Below are positions 9,925 through 19,000 of a stretch of 64,000 nt of DNA, one piece after another. The position numbers and the translations under genes were made by a program. The stretch spans positions 4,512,001 to 4,576,000 of the forward strand of contig OY760175.1 of NCBI GenBank assembly GCA_963663165.1, written 5' to 3'. This DNA is from an uncultured Desulfospira sp. (lineage in GTDB: Bacteria; Desulfobacterota; Desulfobacteria; Desulfobacterales; Desulfobacteraceae). The notes below the pieces were generated by a model. It did not search any database. It was given only the letters and a program-made list of their open reading frames with translations, and was not told the origin of the DNA. The first letter of the stretch is position 1. Each line of letters begins with the position of its first letter.

Positions 9925-9954
9925 AAAGGGGCGCAAATTTTTGCGCCCCTTTTT
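9925..9954. terminator. Intrinsic terminator, probably bidirectional
   Basis: aaaggggcgcaaa-ttt-ttgcgccccttttt between convergent genes. Confidence 0.85.
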
Positions 9955-10054
9955 ATTTGCTGACTCGATTCCCGGAAAATCTAAGCGTAAGCATTTAAAC
10001 ATGAAATCTCGAGCATTCGGTTTGATATTTCATGTTTCAATGGCCTTTTTCCAC

Positions 10055-10774
10055 TTATTCCTGAATCTGGTAAGCGGTCAGCTCGTAAATTGTACCGCCA
10101 CTTGAACTGGTGGATTCATATACCCGCTTTACCCATCCTATCCCGGGCGCATACCAACGGATCATGGAGGTAGTTTGGTTGCCGCGGTTGATCAAGATTT
10201 TAATGCAGTTTTGGAACGTTCCTGCCGGGACGGTAACATCCTCAATTCCCAGCAGGGTAAGCGTCCATACATTTACAGTGCTGCCTTGGGGTTCTTCTTC
10301 GAAATACTCTAACGTAGATACAAAGTGTCCACCCCAGGATTCTCCAATCCGTTTGGTAACATCCGGCAGCGTTTCAATCGATGACGGATTGTAGGTGCGT
10401 GTACCGTACAAGGTGTCTTCAGAATCATAATACTCTTCCCTGTCATCATAGTATTTAGTGCTGCTGCCATTTTCATAAGTCCATGTTGCAACATTTTCCC
10501 CACTGGTTACCGTTAAGGTGGTGTCGTAATACCAAGGGGCTTCTTTTGTGAATCTCCGGATGTTGACGGTTTTAACCATTCCGGATGGGGCGCGGTAGTC
10601 TTCAAGGTTAACGGTAGAAGTGCTGCACCCCGTACTCCCAAAATTCAGGGCCAGCTCAGACAAATCCTTGGCATCCACGTCACCATCCAAGTCAATATCC
10701 CCCGGGCATTCAGACCAGGCCGGCGGCGACAAAAAAATCATGACGGCAAGACCAAAAAAGAAAAACGACTTCAT
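10055..10774 (-). CDS. Secreted hypothetical protein: N-terminal dockerin-like Ca-binding motif plus 'VTVPAGTF' (DUF3108-like) beta domain
   Basis: Signal peptide; CPGDIDLDGDVDAKDL..LA.NFG..GC; EDVTVPAGTF.NC; WYAPGIG.VK; RBS ggagg. Confidence 0.75.
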   Translation of the reverse strand: MKSFFFFGLAVMIFLSPPAWSECPGDIDLDGDVDAKDLSELALNFGSTGCSTSTVNLEDYRAPSGMVKTVNIRRFTKEAPWYYDTTLTVTSGENVATWTYENGSSTKYYDDREEYYDSEDTLYGTRTYNPSSIETLPDVTKRIGESWGGHFVSTLEYFEEEPQGSTVNVWTLTLLGIEDVTVPAGTFQNCIKILINRGNQTTSMIRWYAPGIGWVKRVYESTSSSGGTIYELTAYQIQE

Positions 10775-10810
10775 AGCACCCTCCTTGTTTGTGATTGGTT
10801 ACAGATTTTT

Positions 10811-10928
10811 ATATAACAGCCATACCCTAAAGGGCAGAAACCGGGCTGATTTGGTTATCCAACCAAGATCCGCCCACAACAAATATTGAAAGTATTTACG
10901 GGTAGTTAGTGATACTTTCATATAAATT
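10811..10928. repeat. Structured intergenic element, copy 2 (direct repeat of 8117-8215 with ~19-nt insert)
   Basis: Same blocks as copy 1; stem tgaaagtat/atactttca versus tgaaagtct/agactttca. Confidence 0.85.
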
Positions 10929-11017
10929 ACAAATGATTATGTCCGGATATAGGATAAGAATTTCCTCGTTGTCAACCCCTTTTTGACCCCCAGCCGAATT
11001 TCAGGCAATGCCTGCCC

Positions 11018-11065
11018 TTGACAAAATTATGGGAAAGAGTTAATTTTGTGGCAGAATGCGACAAA
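11018..11065 (+). promoter_or_regulatory. Sigma70 promoter with overlapping inverted-repeat operator of the TA operon
   Basis: TTGACA (11018)-N17-TAATTT (11041); tttgtggca-gaa-tgcgacaaa at 11045-11065. Confidence 0.55.
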
Positions 11066-11106
11066 GTTTAGCGGTTAGCATCATAATTGGGAGGAAGGAG
11101 GACGGT

Positions 11107-11511
11107 ATGGCCACAAAATCAATCAGAATCAGTGAACAGCTGGCTTTCCAGGCACAGGCAGCCGGAGCCCTTTATCACCGGAGCATCCCTAATCAGTTGG
11201 AGTATTGGGCAACCCTGGGGAAGATGATATCCAGCAAAATTAATATGGAAGATGCCCTGGCTGTTTTGCAGGGTTTAAAAACCGTGAAAGTTGAGGCCGT
11301 ACCCTCTGCCCCGGTTGATCCTGATGCGGTCTTTGAGCAGCTTGAATCTGACCGGACCACAGGTTTTAACGGCAAACCCGTGACAGGTGCCCCTGTTTTT
11401 TATGAGGCAAGTCTCTCTAAACCCGGCTGCATTGACCAGGTGAATACACAAACCGGAGAAAGGAACACCGGCCGGTTCCGGAATGGCGTGTTTGAGGCCG
11501 CCGATGCCTGA
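11107..11511 (+). CDS. ParD-like (RHH) antitoxin
   Basis: MATKSIRISEQL...A...HRSIPNQLEYWA.LGK pattern; RBS aggagg; overlaps next gene. Confidence 0.7.
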   Translation: MATKSIRISEQLAFQAQAAGALYHRSIPNQLEYWATLGKMISSKINMEDALAVLQGLKTVKVEAVPSAPVDPDAVFEQLESDRTTGFNGKPVTGAPVFYEASLSKPGCIDQVNTQTGERNTGRFRNGVFEAADA

Positions 11512-12082
11512 AGAAAAACAACTTTGGCTTTTGGCCGGTGCAAACGGGGCCGGCAAATCTACCTTTTACAAACAGTATCTGTCAAAACATGGTATTCAAT
11601 TTGTCAATGCCGATTTGATCGCCAGGGAAATTGATCTGGATAACCCGGAAACCGTCAGCTATGAGGCGGCCAATGCGGCGGCAGGCATCCGTTCGGAAAT
11701 GCTGGATCAGGGGGCTTCATTCTGTTTTGAAACCGTATTTTCCCATCCTTCAAAAATCGAATTTATCCAGCAGGCTAAAAATAAACAGTATGATATAGTT
11801 CTGGTTTATATTCACCTGATAAATCCAGAGTTGAATGAAGCCCGTGTTCATCAAAGAACCCTTGAAGGCGGCCACAATGTCCCTACCCAAAAGATTTATT
11901 CCAGGATTCCAAGAACGATAAAACACATCAAGGAGGCATTGACCCTGGTAAACCAGGCCTGGATTTTAGACAATTCATCAGAAAAGGACCGCTTCAAACA
12001 AATTGCTGTAATGAAAAACGGTCGGTTTGAATTCAAGGTCCATCCATTGCCGGAATGGATAAATGAGATTCTGCCATGGTGA
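11504..12082 (+). CDS. Zeta-toxin-like / AAA_33 P-loop kinase
   Basis: LAGANGAGKST, FVNAD.IA, FETVFSHPSK, ARV..R...GGH.VP, DNS; ATG overlaps upstream stop. Confidence 0.82.
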   Translation: MPEEKQLWLLAGANGAGKSTFYKQYLSKHGIQFVNADLIAREIDLDNPETVSYEAANAAAGIRSEMLDQGASFCFETVFSHPSKIEFIQQAKNKQYDIVLVYIHLINPELNEARVHQRTLEGGHNVPTQKIYSRIPRTIKHIKEALTLVNQAWILDNSSEKDRFKQIAVMKNGRFEFKVHPLPEWINEILPW

Positions 12083-12198
12083 AACCCTTAATCTGATCCT
12101 GGAATCCTTTGAATTTAAATCCCAGGGGCATCATGTCTAATTATTGATCGACAATTTATCTCCAATATTATATTCAACAGGGAGACGCAGGTATTCAT

Positions 12199-13518
12199 AT
12201 GCCAAATGCAAAAATGGTTAAAGAGAGAACGAAAATTACATCCGGGCTGGACGGCCTGGACCGGATCATCACAGGACTTTACATCGGGGACAATGTTCTC
12301 TGGCACGATGTGGCCGGGACCCTGGCCCTGGATTTCTGCCTTGAATTTATCCGGTCGTCAAGGGCGCAAAACAAATCCATTGTCTATGTCTCCTTTGACC
12401 GGTCACCTAAAAACCTCATCGAAAAACTGGGAAAGCTTGCCGAAAATCAGCAGCTGACCGTTCTGGACTGCTTTACCAACGGCAAGGGCGACAATGCGCA
12501 GATTTTTAACAAGTTTTACGAAAAAGACGGGGCCCAGTGGCCTTACCAGGTGATCAAAATCACCCATCCGGAAAATCCAGATGCGGTATTGGAAGCCATT
12601 CTCGGGCTTCATAAAACCCTGGTCAACGATGTCCGGTTTGTTTTTGAAAGCCTGACCGGTATGGCTGACTTATGGGGGGGCGAAGACAAGGTGATCAGGT
12701 TTTATTCGCACACCTGCCCCAGGCTTTATGAACTGGACACCATTGCCTACTGGATACTGGAAAAAGAAGCCCATTCCAACCGCCTTAAGGCCCATATCAA
12801 CCAGATTGCCCAGGTGGTGATCGACCTGTCCATAGATCAGGGCCATACCTGCCTGACGGTGATTAAAACGGAAAACCGTTCCCCCGGGATTCTGGGAAAA
12901 CCCCTTTGCTATTCGTTTGAAGAAAATGAGTTCCTGGTTGAAGAGGACGCGCAGTCCCCTGTCCAGAATGATCTTGGCGGGATTATCCGGGGGGTCCGGA
13001 AAAGTCAGGGCATGTCCCAGAAGGAGCTGGCCGGGCTGGTGGGGGTGACCCCGAGCAATATCTCCCAGATTGAAACCAATCAGGTGTTTCCCTCAATCCC
13101 GGCGCTGTATAAAATTGCCACACACCTTTCCGTCCACGTGGGCTCTTTTTTTCAGGATCCGGCCAGGATTGACAGCGTGGCATTCCATCCCGGGCAGAAA
13201 ATTGCGGTCCAGATGTCAAAGGGGTTTGAAAAGAAACTGGAAATCTACCAGCTGACCCCCTTTGATTTTAAGGGAAAAGCCCAGGTGTTTGAGGTCATTA
13301 TTTACCCTGGGGCCAAAATCAATTCTCATTTTTTTCAGTACAAGGGAGAAGAAATCGGCTGCCTGACATCGGGAAACATTCAGATGGTCTACCAGGAGCA
13401 GCGGCATGACCTTGAACCGGGGCACACCGTTTATTTCAGGACAGACACCCCGTCACAGTGGATCAACAGGACCAAAGATGCCGTAAGAATGATATGGATA
13501 ACCCTTAAGGTTAATTAG
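12199..13518 (+). CDS. Transcriptional regulator: degenerate KaiC/RecA-like domain + XRE HTH + cupin
   Basis: SGLDGLD.II.GL..GDN start, YVSFD; MSQKELA..VGVTPSNISQIE....PSI..L; cupin GEE.G.L.SG, L.PG..VYF. Confidence 0.85.
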   Translation: MPNAKMVKERTKITSGLDGLDRIITGLYIGDNVLWHDVAGTLALDFCLEFIRSSRAQNKSIVYVSFDRSPKNLIEKLGKLAENQQLTVLDCFTNGKGDNAQIFNKFYEKDGAQWPYQVIKITHPENPDAVLEAILGLHKTLVNDVRFVFESLTGMADLWGGEDKVIRFYSHTCPRLYELDTIAYWILEKEAHSNRLKAHINQIAQVVIDLSIDQGHTCLTVIKTENRSPGILGKPLCYSFEENEFLVEEDAQSPVQNDLGGIIRGVRKSQGMSQKELAGLVGVTPSNISQIETNQVFPSIPALYKIATHLSVHVGSFFQDPARIDSVAFHPGQKIAVQMSKGFEKKLEIYQLTPFDFKGKAQVFEVIIYPGAKINSHFFQYKGEEIGCLTSGNIQMVYQEQRHDLEPGHTVYFRTDTPSQWINRTKDAVRMIWITLKVN

Positions 13519-13628
13519 TGCTTGAACGGTTCGATAGGGGAGCGTCAGCTCACAAAGTTATCTATCTGCCAGGGAAATCGCATGAAAAAAAAATGGTCCC
13601 CGATGAGTATCATTTACATATGCATTCA

Positions 13629-13825
13629 GGGTCCGGACCCCTCTGTGGTGTTTGGCGGAAGCCAAACCTTGGTGCCCTCTGTGGTTTAAAAATATGAAAT
13701 CCCGAAGGGGTTGAATTATTCTTCTTTAACCTCCTGGTTTTATAAATTGTGGGCTTCGTCCACTCTTTAAATTTAACCACAGATGGGCACAGAGAAGCAC
13801 AGAGTTTCAGTGCTGCGCACTGAAA
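13629..13825. repeat. Cluster of hairpins and REP-like inverted repeats between convergent genes
   Basis: gggtccggaccc; gtttggc-ggaa-gccaaac; gtgccctctgtggtttaaa ... tttaaccacagatgggcac; tttcagtgc-tgc-gcactgaaa. Confidence 0.55.
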
Positions 13826-13899
13826 TTGCATTCAGTAAGTTTAAACGGCAGGCAACTTTTCGCCCAAACACGGGTTTTCCTTCATGCACACAAATTAGA

Positions 13900-13932
13900 A
13901 CCGGATATTTCATGATTCATGAAATATCCGGT
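13900..13932. terminator. Perfect 16-bp inverted repeat downstream of the glutamate-synthase-family gene
   Basis: accggatatttcatga-t-tcatgaaatatccggt. Confidence 0.6.
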
Positions 13933-13960
13933 CGGTACAATAATTGAGAACTCTAACAGC

Positions 13961-15619
13961 TTAGGAGTTCAGGATTTTTTTGGCGCTTTCGTTGTTCACA
14001 TCTGCCAGATGGGGAATGCCGGTTTCAAACGCGGTTTCCCGGTTTGCCGAGAACAGTTCGTTTCTGGTGATCTGGTTTAATGAAAATTTCCTGGCCCCGG
14101 CCATCAGCTGCTGCAGGCCGCAGCCAAGCTTGTCGGCAAGGGTATAGAAGGCAATGGCGCCATAGGGAATCTGGCTCATTTCATCCTTGCCCAGTTTCTT
14201 TTCAAGGTCGTGGTAACCGGCAAAAATTTCATCAGCGGTTTTCCCCACTTCCAGAACGGTCTTGGGAAGCTCGTTCCAGTTGCCGTTCACACTGGCTCTC
14301 CGGTCAGGATAAATGGCTCCTTCAATATTGGCCCCGAGAAATCCCGGAATCATGATGGCCCGGCCCATACAGACCAGTTTGGTGTAAGGGGCGCCAAGGG
14401 CCAGGGCTTTAAAAATGTGGTCTTCCAGGGCAAAACCGCCGGCAAAGGACATGTCCACCACCTGTCTTCCTTTAGAGGACAGAATGCTCGCATATTCATG
14501 GGCTTTGGCGTGCAGGTTGATGGAAGGGACCCCCCAGCTTTGCATCATGTTCCAGGGGCTCATACCGGTTCCCCCGCCGGATCCGTCAATGGTCAGAAGG
14601 TCAAGCTGGGCATCGGTTGAAAATTTAATGGCCATGGCCAGCTCTTCCATGCCGTAGGAGCCTGTTTTCAGGGTGACCCGTTCAAATCCCAGCCCCCGCA
14701 GGTATTCCACGGCATTCATGAAGCCTTCCTGGACCTGGGCCACCGTGGACAAATGGGTTGCCCCCAAGCGGCTGTGCCGGGCAAAAGATTTGATGGCGCC
14801 CTGTTCAAAGGCCTGCTGGACCTCGGGGATGGAGGGATCCGGGTCAACCACATACCCTCTTTCTTTGAGGAACAGCGCATAATCAAGACTTCTGACCTGG
14901 ATTTCGCCGCCAATGTTTTTGGCGCCCTGGCCCCATTTAAGTTCAATGATACACTTGTCCCCATACTTGTCGGCCACATATTCGGCAACGCCGTTCCGGG
15001 TGTCTTCCACGTTGAGCTGGACAATGATGGCCCCGTATTGGTCATAGTATCTCAGATAGGTTTCGATTCTCCGGTCAAGTTCAGGCGCGCTGACGATTTT
15101 GCCTTTTTTGCTCTGCTGGGGGCCGATTTCCGAATTCCGGTCCACGCCCACCACATTTTCCCCGATCACAACGGGAATCCCCACCAGGGCGCCGCCGATG
15201 GCAAAGGAATCCCAATACTTTTCAGCAATGAATGTCGATCCCAAAGCACCGGTCATCAAGGGCATCCGGATTTTGGTTTTGATGTTTTTGCCAAACTCGG
15301 TTTCCAGGCTGACATTGGGGAAAATACAGTCATCCGGGCTGTTGGTCAGATCCGGGCCCATTCCGGATGCGCCATAGGCATATCCTTGTATTCTCAAGGC
15401 ATTATAGGACACCCCCACATGGGTGGTGTTGTTAGCACCTGCCGTGACCAGGCCGAAACTTCTCGGGTAGAGCAGTTTGCGCCCCACCATGGAAGACTGC
15501 CAGGTCTCACACTTGCCCTGGCAGTCTGCCCGGCAAAGGGTGCAAAGGCTTGACTCACATGGATTACCCCGGTTTTTAGTTCCCAGGACATCGTTTCCTT
15601 TAGAAAATCTCATCTCCAT
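13961..15619 (-). CDS. Stand-alone FMN-binding glutamate synthase family protein with N-terminal Cys cluster
   Basis: IELKWGQGAK..GGE, IDGSGGGTG.SP, FAGG, KALALGA, MGRA; C....CTLC...C...C; RBS ggagg. Confidence 0.85.
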   Translation of the reverse strand: MEMRFSKGNDVLGTKNRGNPCESSLCTLCRADCQGKCETWQSSMVGRKLLYPRSFGLVTAGANNTTHVGVSYNALRIQGYAYGASGMGPDLTNSPDDCIFPNVSLETEFGKNIKTKIRMPLMTGALGSTFIAEKYWDSFAIGGALVGIPVVIGENVVGVDRNSEIGPQQSKKGKIVSAPELDRRIETYLRYYDQYGAIIVQLNVEDTRNGVAEYVADKYGDKCIIELKWGQGAKNIGGEIQVRSLDYALFLKERGYVVDPDPSIPEVQQAFEQGAIKSFARHSRLGATHLSTVAQVQEGFMNAVEYLRGLGFERVTLKTGSYGMEELAMAIKFSTDAQLDLLTIDGSGGGTGMSPWNMMQSWGVPSINLHAKAHEYASILSSKGRQVVDMSFAGGFALEDHIFKALALGAPYTKLVCMGRAIMIPGFLGANIEGAIYPDRRASVNGNWNELPKTVLEVGKTADEIFAGYHDLEKKLGKDEMSQIPYGAIAFYTLADKLGCGLQQLMAGARKFSLNQITRNELFSANRETAFETGIPHLADVNNESAKKILNS

Positions 15620-15992
15620 TTTTCAACCTCCTTTTGTTTAATCATCAGCTAAAAATACTTGGTGAAGTATCCGGGTAGAGGTAGAAATATCCCGGGGGGG
15701 CGCTTTATGTCAACTTAATTATTTTATAAATTTTTAAATATACTTATATTAAACTCGAAAAATATAAATAAAGATTATTTTATATGAAATTTTCCATGTA
15801 AAGAGTTACAAAAAAACTCACATAAAGGCACAAAGACGCAAAGCTCAAATGGCTTTGGGGGAATGCTATTCTTTGCGCTCTTTCGTGAGAATATAAAAAA
15901 GAGGGCGAAACCCTCAATTTTACCACCACGGCAAGCGCTTTGATTTTGTAGAAAAACCCGTTGAAAAGGGCTGCGAATAAAATTCCTGATGA

Positions 15993-16045
15993 CAATTCAA
16001 TTTGCCGGGGGATTTGCCTTGCGCGGCCCCCGGCAGGTTGAATTG
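15993..16045. terminator. Long inverted repeat just after the Rhs-partner gene
   Basis: caattcaatttgccggggg ... cccccggcaggttgaattg. Confidence 0.5.
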
Positions 16046-16068
16046 AGGAACAAATACTGGGCCTGTGA

Positions 16069-19000
16069 TTATTCCTGTTTGCAGCCCAAATGGACCACAA
16101 AATAGGGAAAATCCAGGTGATTGATCCGGCCGTCTCCGTTGAAATCGGCCTTTGAGTCGGTCTCATAATCCGGATCACTGGCATTCAGTTCACGCCCCAT
16201 ACGGCTGCTGAAGAAAAGGATATCCTGGCCGTCCACATCCCCGTCTGAGTCCAGGTCCGCATCTGAGCATGATCCTTTGAACAGATAGCCGTAGATATGG
16301 GCGAACAGTACAAGATCCAGTTTATCAATGACCCCGTCGCTGTTAAAGTCGGCCTTGGCGTCAAAGCCGTCATCGGCCGAAGTCAGATTGAGCAGGGACA
16401 TGAGCCGGAAAAGATCGGTGCCGTCGATGTCCAGGTCCCCGTCCAGGTCGCCGTATTTAGGCGGATAGGGCGGCCTGCTGGAGGCATTGAGTGGATCGGT
16501 TTGGGCGTAAAATTCTTCGCCGTCGGTATAACTGTCCTTGTCCGTGTCACTGTCAAAGGGATCGGTGCCGTAGGAAATTTCCAGGCCGTTGGTCAGATCG
16601 TCGTTGTCGGCATCCCCATCTTCGGCAAATGTAGTGAACTGCCAGACCGGGCTTTCCGTGACCTGGTTATAACTGTCCGTGGCCAGGACCTGCCACCAGT
16701 AGGTGGTGCTGAATCCCTCTAATGCCAGCAGGCATCCGGTATCCGGCAGGTTTTTACAAGTTTCATCAATGGTAAAGCTGCCATCTTCAGTTTTGTACTG
16801 GACGGAATACATGACCGTATCCCCCTCATCCGGATCACCCCCGGTCCAGGAGAGGGCCAGATCAACAGAGACATCGGTGTCGCCATTTGAAGGCGTGGGG
16901 GATGAAGGTGCTGATGGCTTATGGTTGACGGTAACGGCACCGGCCGCATAAGCGGTGACGGTGCTGGTGCCATCGGCAATCTGGGCGTAAATGTAATAGG
17001 TGCCGCCGGCCATGCCGGAAAGGTTCCATTCATAGGTGTCGGACTCATCGGAATCTTCTGAAATACCCGAAACAATCAGGGTGCCGTCCTCTCCTGAATC
17101 GTTATCGTCATAGTACAGGGAGATCTGGGCATCGGAATCCGGGTCGGTATCGTCCCAGGAAATGGCCAGCACGGTATCTGAACCGGACACTGTAATAACC
17201 GTACCCGTGTCCGGTGCGGTCAAGGTGATGGCGGGCGGATCATCGGTGGTATCCTCCTTGACGAAAAAGGCCTGAACCTCGCTCCAGTCGCCTTCAATGC
17301 CGTGGGCATCCATAAGTTTGGCCCGCCAATAGTACCAGGTGGCGTTTTCAAGTTCCTGGGAAACCATCAGGGCAAGGTCGTCTGAGGATTCTTCAACCAC
17401 CAGATCGGTTAGGTCTTTATCGGTGTAAACCTCAACCATCATCTCAACGGTATCATTGTCGGGTTCTTCCACCGGGTGGACAGATAATTCAGGGGTCAGG
17501 GTATCCACCCATGCCAGGGCCCCCGGATTTTTGAGTACAGGGGTGCCCGGGGCATCGTTGTAGGTATTAATAAAAAATTGACCCACCACCCATTGGCTTG
17601 CCGACTCGTTGTCACGGGATCTGGCCCGCCAGTAGTAAGTGGTGTTGTCGTTTAAGCCTTGAACCTGCCACTGGGCGGTGCCGTCGGAGATGGTCATCTC
17701 TTGTGCCGTTGAAAAATCCTTTGAAACATCAATCTGAAAATCATACTCAACATCGGCCCCTTCAGGGTCTGTGACTAACCCGACAGACAGCACCACCGCT
17801 GTATTTTTAACTTCTTCGCCCACTGCCGGTGAATCAATTTCTGGAACCGGCGGGGTCTGGTTGGATGTATCCGGAGTAAAGGCAAAAACCTCACTTTGGA
17901 CCGCATTTCCATCAGTATCCTCAACGGTTGCCTGCCAGTAATACGTGCTGCCGTCTGCAAGGTCTTCACTGACCTGGAAAGAGACCATGCCGGAGGCTTC
18001 ATCTAGGGTGCCCTGGCCGGAACAGACCGGATTGGAAAGATCCTGGTTCAGGGATATCGTAAAGGTATAGGTCAGGGAATCCTTTTCCGGATCGGTACTA
18101 TACCCGGACACAAGGACCGGGGTGAGTGAATCCACACTGCCGGAATCTTCCGGCGTCAGCAGTTCCGGTATTCCCGGCGGATCATTGGTTTCACTGACCA
18201 GGAATGATCCGTGGGTCCACAGAGAATAGGCCGTGCCGTCATAGGCCCTGGCCCGCCAGTAATAAGTCTGGTTTTCCACAAGGGTTTCAGTGACGGTCCA
18301 GGGAACCATATTACCCGATTCCGGAAGGCCGCTTTCACGTTCCACAAGGGCGGTGTACCCTTCGTCAGAGAAAAGCTCAAATTCATAGGTTAATGTGTCC
18401 CCGTCAGCGTCTGTGCTGCAAAGAACGGACAATTCCGGATAAAGGGAAGATACAACCCCGTCAACTTCAGGGGCATTGACAACCGGAACGCTGGGGGCGT
18501 TTTCGGTTCCGGTGGGATTGGTGCCGTTTAAAAATTCATCCAGATCTGAAATGCCGTCACCGTCAAAGTCGCCGGTGCCGTCCCGGTCCAGGGTGCCGAA
18601 ATGTTCCTCCTCCCAGTCATCGTCCATGCCGTCACAGTCTATATCATTGACAGGGCAGATGGTCAGGGTGGCGGTCTGGGAGTCGGTCAGGGCTCCGTCC
18701 GAGGCCTTGAACTTGATGGCATAGGATCCGGCCTGGCCGGCGGCCGGGGTCCACATAAAAAGACCTGTGCCGTCGCCGTTGTCTTCAAAGGATGCCCCTG
18801 CCGGTAAGGATGAGGTGGAAAGGGCGGGAATCGTCCCGTTGGCATCACTTGCCTCAACAATAAAGTTGAGCTGTTCTTCTTCGCTGCGCTGCCGGTCAGG
18901 GATATACTGCAGGACCGGGGCGGTGGCAAGGACCGACGCATCTTCAAATACAATGGTGTAGGTCCCCGGGGTGTTCACATCAAACAGATAAACATAGCAG

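Noticed and set aside
15826..15850. c-di-GMP-I riboswitch (gacgcaaagc)
   Set aside because: No P2 GNRA hairpin or P3, and wrong strand for the adjacent gene
15780..16184. Immunity gene for Rhs B1
   Set aside because: Overlaps the partner gene end, runs through hairpins, and has no counterpart after unit 2
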